Source: Gemmatimonadota bacterium
Lineage (GTDB): Bacteria > Latescibacterota > UBA2968 > UBA8231
Length of the DNA stretch: 33,801 nt
NCBI GenBank assembly: GCA_038153405.1
Contig: JAYOYH010000022.1
Span: 32,536-66,336, forward strand
Direction: 5' to 3'
Below the pieces are notes generated by a model. It made no database searches. It worked only from the letters and a program-made list of their open reading frames with translations, and had not been told where the DNA came from. Each line of letters opens with the position of its first letter. Within the stretch, counting starts at the first letter, position 1. Shown here in pieces: positions 8,854 through 16,708 of the stretch. The translations under genes and the position numbers were made by a program.

Positions 8854-9738
8854 ATGAAACACCTATCTGATCTGAGTCAAAACGGCAACCATACCCCCAC
8901 TATATCGGTTTTGATTGCTGACGCCGACAGCACCTACCAACAGCATTGCCAGCAAGTTATCACGCGTCCACACATCCAAATTCACTCCGTTTCAAGCGGT
9001 ATTTCGGCTCTAAGGCAAATCGAAGAGGACATCTACGATGTTATCCTAATGGACGTGCTCATGCCGGATATGAATGGTTTGGAATGTTTTGCGAAAATTC
9101 GCCAGCAGGGCTGTCACGCGCCGGTGATTATCGTCTCGGAAAACAGCGACTTAAAAATAGCTGTGGAAGCCATCAAACGCGGGGTCTCCGACTTTATTCC
9201 CAAGCCCTTTGATGCCGATGCGCTGATAGAGAAGATCGAATACTTGGCCCATGCCAATGAGGATGAGGATGAGTTGGGCCGGAGGCGCAAAGAGCGACGC
9301 AGGGACGAGCGTCGGCAGGGCGACCGACGCTCGAGCGGCATAGGCGACAGGCGCGCGGGACAACGCAGGGCCAACGAGCGACGCGCGGGGCAAGATCGTC
9401 GCTTACTCGAAGACGACCCAGTCGTCACCTACATTCGCCAAAACGCCACGTCCATCAGCGGTCGCCTTGACGTGGCTGATGCCATTGGGCTTAACGTCGA
9501 TCAGGTTTCTTCGCGCGTGTTGGTTTCCACGGGTAAATCGTTCCGGCAACTGCTAAACCAGTGTCGATTGCAGAAGGCCTGCCGGTTGCTGAAAGAAACG
9601 GATATGGAGGTCGCCCGTATTGCTGAGACCACGGGGTTTTCCACCGTGCAGCACTTTAGCCGCGTGTTCAGCAATATCAACGGCCTGTCGCCGCGAAAGT
9701 ATCGCCAGAAAAGTCGCCGCGAAAACGCGCTAACGTAG
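8854..9738 (+). CDS. Response regulator, REC + Arg-rich linker + AraC HTH
   Basis: REC: VLIADAD...DVILMDVLMPDMNGLE...PVIIVS...GVSDFIPKPF. AraC signature RLQKACRLLKETDMEVARIAETTGFSTVQHFSRVFSNINGLSPRKYR. Confidence 0.92.
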   Translation: MKHLSDLSQNGNHTPTISVLIADADSTYQQHCQQVITRPHIQIHSVSSGISALRQIEEDIYDVILMDVLMPDMNGLECFAKIRQQGCHAPVIIVSENSDLKIAVEAIKRGVSDFIPKPFDADALIEKIEYLAHANEDEDELGRRRKERRRDERRQGDRRSSGIGDRRAGQRRANERRAGQDRRLLEDDPVVTYIRQNATSISGRLDVADAIGLNVDQVSSRVLVSTGKSFRQLLNQCRLQKACRLLKETDMEVARIAETTGFSTVQHFSRVFSNINGLSPRKYRQKSRRENALT

Positions 9739-9811
9739 TGTTTGCCTGGTCGCTCCCAAAGGGAGATGATTGGGTGTGTGCCAACAACCTCAACGGTGAG
9801 CGAGTACACTA

Positions 9812-10564
9812 ATGGCAGATGAACTGTTGACCCCCACGGCCGATTTCTCGGTGCTCGTAGTCGATGACGACGACCTTTTTCTGCAGTACTGCCAGCGAGT
9901 GCTGGCCGACCAGAAAGTGCACGTCGACTTAGCTAGTGACGGCCTACTCGCGCTGGAAAAAGCTCAACTTTTCCCCTATGACGTAATACTGCTCGACGTC
10001 TCTATGCCGTATATGGATGGGTTAGAGTGTTTAGACCGTTTGGCCAAAACCGATAGCGAGGCGCTAGTTATCATGGTGACGGGAGGGGGTGACGTCCCCA
10101 CGGCCGTCGAAGCAATGAAGCGCGGTGCAGCAGACTTTATCCAAAAGCCCTTTGGACCCGACAATCTGCGCACCCGCATTCAGGAAGCCATGCGCAAAAA
10201 GACCGCGCGGAGGGAAGAGGCCGAACAGCTTTCGCGCGACCCCGTTGTTGCCTACATACAAAAAAATGCCACCAAGGTGAACAGTCGCAAGGACGTCGCA
10301 GAACCCCTCGGTTTGAGCTTAGATCAGGTATCGGCGCGCGTGCAGGCTGCCACGGGTCAATCTTTTCGCAGCGTGCTGCACACGTTTCGACTCAAACGCG
10401 CATGTCGCCTGCTCGAAACAACCGAGATGGACATAGCAAGCATCGCTGAAGAAACCGGGTTTGCTACCGTGCAGCACTTTAGCCGCGTGTTCAGCAGTGT
10501 CAACAACCTGTCGCCGCGCAAGTACCGCCAGCAGAGCCGCCTAGATTCGCCTGCGGCGCAATAA
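9812..10564 (+). CDS. Response regulator, REC + AraC HTH (paralog of upstream gene)
   Basis: VLVVDDDD...DVILLDVSMPYMDGLE...VIMVTG...GAADFIQKPF. AraC signature IASIAEETGFATVQHFSRVFSSVNNLSPRKYR. Confidence 0.93.
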   Translation: MADELLTPTADFSVLVVDDDDLFLQYCQRVLADQKVHVDLASDGLLALEKAQLFPYDVILLDVSMPYMDGLECLDRLAKTDSEALVIMVTGGGDVPTAVEAMKRGAADFIQKPFGPDNLRTRIQEAMRKKTARREEAEQLSRDPVVAYIQKNATKVNSRKDVAEPLGLSLDQVSARVQAATGQSFRSVLHTFRLKRACRLLETTEMDIASIAEETGFATVQHFSRVFSSVNNLSPRKYRQQSRLDSPAAQ

Positions 10565-10566
10565 GC

Positions 10567-11232
10567 TCATTCAAACTGCTCTTTAAAGCGGGCAAACGCC
10601 TCGCGCAGAGAAGCCAGTTCAGATGATAGCAGCTGCACCTGTTCCTCAAGTGCGGCGATGCGTTGGCTTTCGGCCTGCACCTCCAGCAAAGCGGTATCGA
10701 CCGGCCCTTCTTCCTCGACGTCCTCTAGTCTCGGTTCACCCGCCAGCACGTGCGCATAGCGCGACTCTTTGCGACCGGTTTGGCGCGGCAGTTGTGCGAC
10801 CAGCGCCCCGTCGCTGCGGACTGAGAGCGCTTCTAAGACGCGCTCGACGTCGCCCAAGTCGACAAAGTTGTAAAGGCGGTTGCTGCGCCCGCGGATCTCG
10901 CCTAAGGTTTGCGGCCCCCGCAGCATAAGCACGCACAGTGCTGCGACCTGCGGTCGCTCTAAACCCAGCTTCTCATCCAGCAGGTGGTAGTGCTTGGGCA
11001 CGCGCATATCGACGCCCGTCCGCTGGCGCGCCAATCCCTTTTCTCTGAGGCTTTCTAGCGCGCGCACGACGGTCTTTTCGTCAAAAGCGACAACCGGGTG
11101 GCGGTTGGACTTTTGGTTGCACGCCGTCGTCACGCTGTTCAGCGTTAGCGGATAGTACTCGGGTGTGGTAATCTCCTTCTCAATCAGCGCGCCCAGTACG
11201 CGCACCTCTACATCATTTAGCAGGATGTCCAT
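10567..11232 (-). CDS. yceH: YceH / DUF480 (UPF0502) family protein
   Basis: EVRVLGALIEKEITTPEYYPLTLNSVTTACNQKSNRHPV, LMLRGPQTLGEIRGRSNRL, GRKESRYAHVLAG, C-terminal coiled coil. Confidence 0.93.
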   Translation of the reverse strand: MDILLNDVEVRVLGALIEKEITTPEYYPLTLNSVTTACNQKSNRHPVVAFDEKTVVRALESLREKGLARQRTGVDMRVPKHYHLLDEKLGLERPQVAALCVLMLRGPQTLGEIRGRSNRLYNFVDLGDVERVLEALSVRSDGALVAQLPRQTGRKESRYAHVLAGEPRLEDVEEEGPVDTALLEVQAESQRIAALEEQVQLLSSELASLREAFARFKEQFE

Positions 11233-11853
11233 TTACTCCTCTCCGGCCACAAGATCAAATGAGTAAAAGCGATTGGTCCCTTCGCAGCCCGTAATGCCGG
11301 CATACAGCGACTGGGGTAGGTCTAGCCTAACGCCGATGTTGTGCGTTTGGCAGCGCACGACCAGCGCCGACCCTTCGCGCTCAACTTCTAGTGCGTAGCG
11401 CTGGTGGGGTGCCACCGCAAAACGCGCCCACGCGGCGCGGTGCCAATAGGGTCCCCGCTCGGCACTCCAGCGGTGGTGCCAGACGTTGATGCCTTCATTA
11501 AAGAGCACGACCTCGACGTGCTCGCGGTAGGTGCGCCGCCCGCAAGCGTCGAGCGCAGGTTCGGCAGCCAAGGCGATCAGCGGTGCCATGCATTCGTCAA
11601 AGGACATCTCTGCGCGCACCCGCAGCGCGCTTTTTACGGGCTCCCGATAGAGCATGCTAGCATAGGTCTCGCCGGCGCGCGCGCCCTGCATTTGTGCCGG
11701 CGAGGCGTCGGCCGGAACCCGATTGCGAATGTGGTCGGACTCGGCCAACCAAGCTCCTTCGCTGGGCCAACGAGGGCTCTGGACCGGCATCCAGTCTTGC
11801 GGGTTCCACGCGCCAGGGGCAAATAGACATGAATAGGACTGAGCGGATGTCAT
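11233..11853 (-). CDS. Hypothetical beta-sandwich (concanavalin/lectin-like) protein
   Basis: ATGA overlap with upstream gene at 11850-11853; stop abuts yceH ATG with GAGGAG RBS. Beta-strand pattern ending YAGITGCEGTNRFYSFDL. Confidence 0.7.
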   Translation of the reverse strand: MTSAQSYSCLFAPGAWNPQDWMPVQSPRWPSEGAWLAESDHIRNRVPADASPAQMQGARAGETYASMLYREPVKSALRVRAEMSFDECMAPLIALAAEPALDACGRRTYREHVEVVLFNEGINVWHHRWSAERGPYWHRAAWARFAVAPHQRYALEVEREGSALVVRCQTHNIGVRLDLPQSLYAGITGCEGTNRFYSFDLVAGEE

Positions 11854-12446
11854 TGCGCGGAACCCCTGCGCTTTCCCAATATTGGCAGCGCTTCTAAGAG
11901 GAGGTCTATCGCGTCCTGCACGGAGCAATGATCCATCGCCACAACCCGATCGGCCGCCTTTTCAGCCCCTTCCAATGCCGCAAAGAGCGGACGCAGCTGT
12001 TGGTAGTGGGTGAGCGGCTGGGGTATGTGTGGGTGATAGCGCGGACCGCGCTCGCTGATCTGCTGCCGCACCTGCCAGTATACGGACGTCGGCGTCAGCG
12101 AGAGGTAGACCAGCGCGGCCGCCTCGCCGATGCGGCGACAGTTTTCCTGCTGCGCCAAGGTGCCCTCGCCGACGATGATCAAACAGTGTGGATGAGCATT
12201 GAGCGCCCGCTCCAGGTATTCGGACTCCTTGCGGCGCAGCACGTCTTCGCCCTCTGCCTGCACGAAGTCCCACAGCGACGTCCCCACCTGGTGCTCCAAC
12301 CAGCGGTCCAGATCGACCAGCGTCAGCCCGCTGAGCGTAGCTAGGTAGTGTCCCACTTCGCGATAGGGGGCACTCGGCACACCGCCCAGCACGATGGACC
12401 GATCTAGCTGCACCGTTGGATGATAATCGTAATAGTCGCCCGACAT
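11850..12446 (-). CDS. Shikimate-kinase-like protein with degenerate Walker A
   Basis: IVLGGVPSAPYREVG...LVDLDRWLEHQVGTSL...EGEDVLRRKESEYL...IVGEGTL...LVYLSL follows the AroK layout but lacks GxxGxGK[ST]. Confidence 0.75.
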   Translation of the reverse strand: MSGDYYDYHPTVQLDRSIVLGGVPSAPYREVGHYLATLSGLTLVDLDRWLEHQVGTSLWDFVQAEGEDVLRRKESEYLERALNAHPHCLIIVGEGTLAQQENCRRIGEAAALVYLSLTPTSVYWQVRQQISERGPRYHPHIPQPLTHYQQLRPLFAALEGAEKAADRVVAMDHCSVQDAIDLLLEALPILGKRRGSAQ

Positions 12447-12506
12447 GTATATAAAAGTAGTCGAATACCCCGTTTTGTAACAATTGCGCGCTATATTATT
12501 GCGCCC

Positions 12507-13616
12507 ATGGAAAACTCTGAACGACACGACGGGCTGCGCTGGCTGCGCTGCGACCTGCACAACCACTGCGAAGACCACGACATGATTGAGGCCCACTTGG
12601 ACGGTGCGGCCGAGCGACTCGACGTCGTCGCCCTGACCAACCACGCGCAGAAACCGATTTTTCTCGAACAGCACGCAATGGTTGAAAAGGCCCGCCGCCT
12701 GATGCCCGAAAGACTGGTGCTGTTTGGCATGGAGTGGAACGCGCCGCTCGGCGTGCACGCCAACCTCGTCTTTCCTCCGGGCCCCAACGAGGCGGAAAAC
12801 GCCTATGCGTTTGCACGGGCATACGACCGCCTCGGTTCGGGAAAAAAAACCCTGCCTGAAGAGGCGCTAGCCGCGCTGGCCGCCCTACCGCCCGACGAGC
12901 GCCCGGTGCTGTTTTTCAACCACCCAGCCCCCGGCCAATGGTCGAGCGAAACCATCGCCCGCTATTTGCGCGCCGACCGGGGCGGCGTTATCGCCGGCAT
13001 AGAGGCACTGCACGGCCACCAGCTGCATGCCAAGATCGCCGCCCTCGACCCCTTTGCCTACCCGGGCAGCGCCGTCGGCGGCCTCTGCGACGACGTCTAC
13101 GCGCAGCAGCGGCCCTTTGCCCTATTGGCGCACTCTGACTTTCACGTCCACAAGATGGGCAGTCAGCCGGACTACCCGCTCGGCGTTTTCAACCACACGT
13201 GGGCTGGCGTGCCGTCCGACAGCTGGACTGCGCCCGACCTATTCGCTGCGCTGCGCGCTGGACGCAGCTGTGCGGCACAGGGTCACTGGCTGGCGCTGCA
13301 AGACTTCCGCTTGGGCACCGCACCCATTGGCAATACCTGGCGCGGCAACGGCGAACGGCTATGCATCGCATTTACATGCGACGAAGATGTCGGGCGCGTT
13401 GAGCTCATTGGCCGCTTGAGCGCCGATGCACTACCCGCCGTTCTGCACGACTTCGGACCGCTGTCGGCCGGCGTGCACGAATTCCAATGGAACGTGCCCG
13501 CCGATGCGACCGGATTCGTGCGCCTGCGCATAGCCGCCACTAGCCACCGGCGACCCGAGCCGGGACCGGACGGACCCAAGCTCTTCCAGACGGCTGCCAT
13601 TATACTAGCCCCCTGA
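12507..13616 (+). CDS. PHP-family metallo-phosphoesterase/hydrolase
   Basis: LRCDLHNH, ALTNH, GMEWN..HAN, FFNHP, AHSDFH motifs. Confidence 0.82.
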   Translation: MENSERHDGLRWLRCDLHNHCEDHDMIEAHLDGAAERLDVVALTNHAQKPIFLEQHAMVEKARRLMPERLVLFGMEWNAPLGVHANLVFPPGPNEAENAYAFARAYDRLGSGKKTLPEEALAALAALPPDERPVLFFNHPAPGQWSSETIARYLRADRGGVIAGIEALHGHQLHAKIAALDPFAYPGSAVGGLCDDVYAQQRPFALLAHSDFHVHKMGSQPDYPLGVFNHTWAGVPSDSWTAPDLFAALRAGRSCAAQGHWLALQDFRLGTAPIGNTWRGNGERLCIAFTCDEDVGRVELIGRLSADALPAVLHDFGPLSAGVHEFQWNVPADATGFVRLRIAATSHRRPEPGPDGPKLFQTAAIILAP

Positions 13617-13928
13617 GCGCGCGCGCCGCGGCGTATGGCGCCGGAGAACCACCAGTGTCGCACCCCAGCTGCCCTCGCCCATGCCGCCTAGCCGGTAGGT
13701 TTCGACCTCGTCGAGGCGGTCGAGCAGTGCGTGCACGGAGCGGCGCAGCGCACCCGTTCCCTTGCCGTGCACGACGCGCACCTGGTAGATGCCCTTTTCC
13801 CGACAGGCCTGAAAATAGTCGGGCAGCAGCGTCTTTACGTCGCACGGACGAAAGGTGTGCAAATCGAGCGTGCCGTCGATGGGCATCTCCACCGCCTCGG
13901 ATTGGCAGTATTCCTCGTCGTCGACCAT
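13605..13928 (-). CDS. Stand-alone Smr/MutS2 domain protein
   Basis: PIDGTLDLHTF...VRVVHGKGTGALRRSV...GSWGATLV. Start could be 13928 or 13940. Confidence 0.9.
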   Translation of the reverse strand: MVDDEEYCQSEAVEMPIDGTLDLHTFRPCDVKTLLPDYFQACREKGIYQVRVVHGKGTGALRRSVHALLDRLDEVETYRLGGMGEGSWGATLVVLRRHTPRRARSGG

Positions 13929-14066
13929 ATCCCAGAACATATCTGCGCCGCACCCGGCACACAATCCCAGCGGAAGGCCTCCTCCGACATTGTGCCCGTA
14001 GCCGTTATTCGCTACTCATTACCTAATGCCAAGCCAATAGACCCTCTCTATGGACGGAGTCCACCC

Positions 14067-15095
14067 ATGCCTACGCCCGCACCGCTGCGCATCGGCGTGA
14101 TCGGCGCCGGTGCCTTTGCTTCGCGCCGCCACTGCCCCGACATCCTCAAGCATCAGGAAGCCGAGCTGACGGCTCTTTGCCGGCGCGACGCACAGGCGCT
14201 GCGCACAATGGCCGAGGCCTTTGACGTGCGGCACACCTTTTCCGACCACCGCGCGCTGATCGAAAGCGGTTTGGTCGACGCGGTGCTCGTCGCCTCGCCG
14301 CACGACCTGCACTACGAGCACGCGCGCGATGCGCTAGCGGCTGGAATGCACGTGCTAGTGGAAAAGCCCGTTACGACCGACGTCGAGCAGGGACGCGCGC
14401 TGATTGCGCTGGCCGGCGAAGTGGACCGCGCGCTGATTGTCGCCCAGAATCCTCCCTACTGGAGCCACTGCCGCCACCTGCGCGCTCAGTTCGGCAGCGG
14501 TCGGCTGGGCGAGTTGGAATCGGCCTCTATAAACTGGGTGGGCAACGCCTTGGCCGTGCTCGGCCTCGAACCCATGCCGGCGCACATGCCCGGCGTCGTG
14601 CCACCAACGCTCTACCGGGCCAGCGCCGATCAGAACGGCGGCGGCTTTCTCATGGACAACGGATCGCATCTGCTGTGCGAGTTGGTTTGGTGCTGCCAGC
14701 GACGCGTCGTAGAAGTCACGGCACAAATGGACAACGCCGCCTTTGACGTGCGCTGCGCGCTGAGCATGCGCTTAGACAACGGCGCACTGGTGACGCTGAG
14801 CCAAACGGCCGATAGTCACATTCGCACCAAGCGCCAGCACAGCCTCTACTACGGCAGCGAGGGGACCGTCGTGCTGCGCGGCTTTCCGTTCTCACTGGAG
14901 TATACCTGTGACGGACAGGTCGACCTGGTGCGCGAAGAAGACCTGCCCGAAGCGCCGACGCCAGTAGGCGATTTGGTAGACTGGGCCTTGGGCAGGAGCA
15001 AGGGAGAAATCAGCGGAGAAACCGCGGTGCACGTGGTGGAAATCGTGCGGGCAGCGCAGACCTCGGCCAGTGAGGGGAGAGCCATAGTGCTTTGA
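14067..15095 (+). CDS. Gfo/Idh/MocA family oxidoreductase
   Basis: LRIGVIGAG, VDAVLVASPHDLH, GMHVLVEKP, GGGFLMDNGSH; GGAG RBS before ATG 14067. Confidence 0.93.
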   Translation: MPTPAPLRIGVIGAGAFASRRHCPDILKHQEAELTALCRRDAQALRTMAEAFDVRHTFSDHRALIESGLVDAVLVASPHDLHYEHARDALAAGMHVLVEKPVTTDVEQGRALIALAGEVDRALIVAQNPPYWSHCRHLRAQFGSGRLGELESASINWVGNALAVLGLEPMPAHMPGVVPPTLYRASADQNGGGFLMDNGSHLLCELVWCCQRRVVEVTAQMDNAAFDVRCALSMRLDNGALVTLSQTADSHIRTKRQHSLYYGSEGTVVLRGFPFSLEYTCDGQVDLVREEDLPEAPTPVGDLVDWALGRSKGEISGETAVHVVEIVRAAQTSASEGRAIVL

Positions 15096-15109
15096 CGCCG
15101 CGCTTCTGG

Positions 15110-15137
15110 CCACCTGCGCAGGGTGCCGCGCAGGTGG
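15110..15137. repeat. Intergenic hairpin CCACCTGCGC-N8-GCGCAGGTGG
   Basis: Perfect 10-bp stem 15 nt after the Gfo stop; same core as the hairpin at 19062. Confidence 0.6.
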
Positions 15138-15269
15138 ATCGCACCGGATGCCGACTGGACGCCGCGTCGATTGCACATAGGTTTATGTAATCGCGCCCTC
15201 GGCCCGAGATCTGCTCCGTCCAATGCCGGGCCACGGCATACGTATTCGGCCCATCCAGCGAAAGACACA

Positions 15270-16535
15270 ATGCGCTTTTTCCCACTGTTATGTTCCCTGC
15301 TGACAGCCGGAACTCTAGCGGCTCAAGACTACCCACCGGGCACCTTCCAACACACCCCCCAGATCAATTTGGGGCTGCGCCCCGTATCCGTCGACGGGCT
15401 GCCGGGGCGCACGCTCAATCTGCCGCCTGGTTTTAAGGTGCGCTTTTTCAGCGGCGAAGTAGACCATCCTCGCTTTATGGCATTTGATGGAAACGGCGTG
15501 CTGCACGTGGGAAATTTCAACACGCGGCGCAGCGGCTACTGGTATAAGGGGCCCTGGCGCGACGCAACGGTGCTGGCCATGCCCGACAGCGATGGCGACG
15601 GCCGCGCCGATCGCGTCTACATCGCCGCCGACGACCTGCAGCTACCGCACAGCGTCGCTTTTTACAAGGACCATCTCTACGTGGCCGATCACGACGTGAT
15701 CTACAAGATGGCCGACGGCGACGGCGACGGCTATTACGAAGAGCGCGAGGCGTTTCTCGAAGTGCCCGGCGTTATGAACCGCTCTTCCGAGCACGTCACC
15801 CATACGCTGGTCTTCGACGAGAAAGAAGACAAGCTCTACCTCCACGTTGGCTCCGGCTGCGACCTGTGTCGCGAAGACGATCCCGAGCGCGCCACCATCC
15901 TACAGTTTAACACCGATGGCAGCGGTCGCCGCATATACGCGTCGGGTATGCGCAACACCGTCGGCATGGACCTGCACCCCGTCACCGGCCAGCTGTGGGC
16001 AGCTGGCCACGGCCACGACCGCGAGGGGCGCAGCCTTCCACCCGAGTGGATCAGCATTATTCGCCCCGGTTCATTTCACGGCTGGCCCTTGGCCTACGCC
16101 TATCGCAGTTGGATCGATTTTTCCAATCCGCTGTATGCCCGAGAGATGCTGCCCATCACCGCACAGGACAGCGCTCTGGTGGAGCGCGTGGGACGACCAA
16201 CCGTGCTGGTCGACGCCCATCTGGGGCCCATGGGCCTGCACTTTTACACGCGCGACCAGTTTCCCCAGCGCTACAGGCACGCCGCCTTTATCGCCTTTCA
16301 CTCGGGCACGGGCAGCAGCTCCGATCCAGGATACAAGCTGTCGGTGGTCTTTAGCGAACCAGACGGCACGCGCGCGCGCATCGCCGATTTTATGACCGGC
16401 TTTCGCCCAGACCCGCAGGATAGCTTCTACTGGGCCCAGCCCATGGGCGTCATCGCCGATAGAGAAGGATTTCTCTACGTCAGCAGCGACCTGGTAACCC
16501 CCGGCATTTTCCGCATCGAATACAATCCCGACTAG
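15270..16535 (+). CDS. Secreted glucose/sorbosone dehydrogenase-family (PQQ-type beta-propeller) protein
   Basis: Signal peptide MRFFPLLCSLLTAGTLAA; LPPGFKV, PRFMAF, DSDGDGRAD, GSGCDLC, YASGMRNTVGM, GWPLAY, LYVSSD. Confidence 0.85.
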   Translation: MRFFPLLCSLLTAGTLAAQDYPPGTFQHTPQINLGLRPVSVDGLPGRTLNLPPGFKVRFFSGEVDHPRFMAFDGNGVLHVGNFNTRRSGYWYKGPWRDATVLAMPDSDGDGRADRVYIAADDLQLPHSVAFYKDHLYVADHDVIYKMADGDGDGYYEEREAFLEVPGVMNRSSEHVTHTLVFDEKEDKLYLHVGSGCDLCREDDPERATILQFNTDGSGRRIYASGMRNTVGMDLHPVTGQLWAAGHGHDREGRSLPPEWISIIRPGSFHGWPLAYAYRSWIDFSNPLYAREMLPITAQDSALVERVGRPTVLVDAHLGPMGLHFYTRDQFPQRYRHAAFIAFHSGTGSSSDPGYKLSVVFSEPDGTRARIADFMTGFRPDPQDSFYWAQPMGVIADREGFLYVSSDLVTPGIFRIEYNPD

Positions 16536-16708
16536 GCGCGGCGGGAAACTTCCATCGCAGCCATTCGTCCTATGCGTTCAGAGACGCCTTTTAGCATAAC
16601 CCGGCGCTGCCCTGGCGCGTCTCTAAGACGGGATGGCAGTGGACCTGCCGCGCGACGGGGGACCAGCCCTCGCCGTCGATCAGCACGCGATAGACGAAAG
16701 AACGCACG

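Noticed and set aside
12447..12758. N-terminal extensions of the ORF-track calls 11850-12758 and 12420-13616
   Set aside because: They overlap each other head-to-head; domain boundaries support starts at 12446 (-) and 12507 (+).
13731..14066. Extended N-terminus of the Gfo/Idh/MocA ORF
   Set aside because: It overlaps the Smr gene; the RBS and Rossmann motif support ATG 14067.
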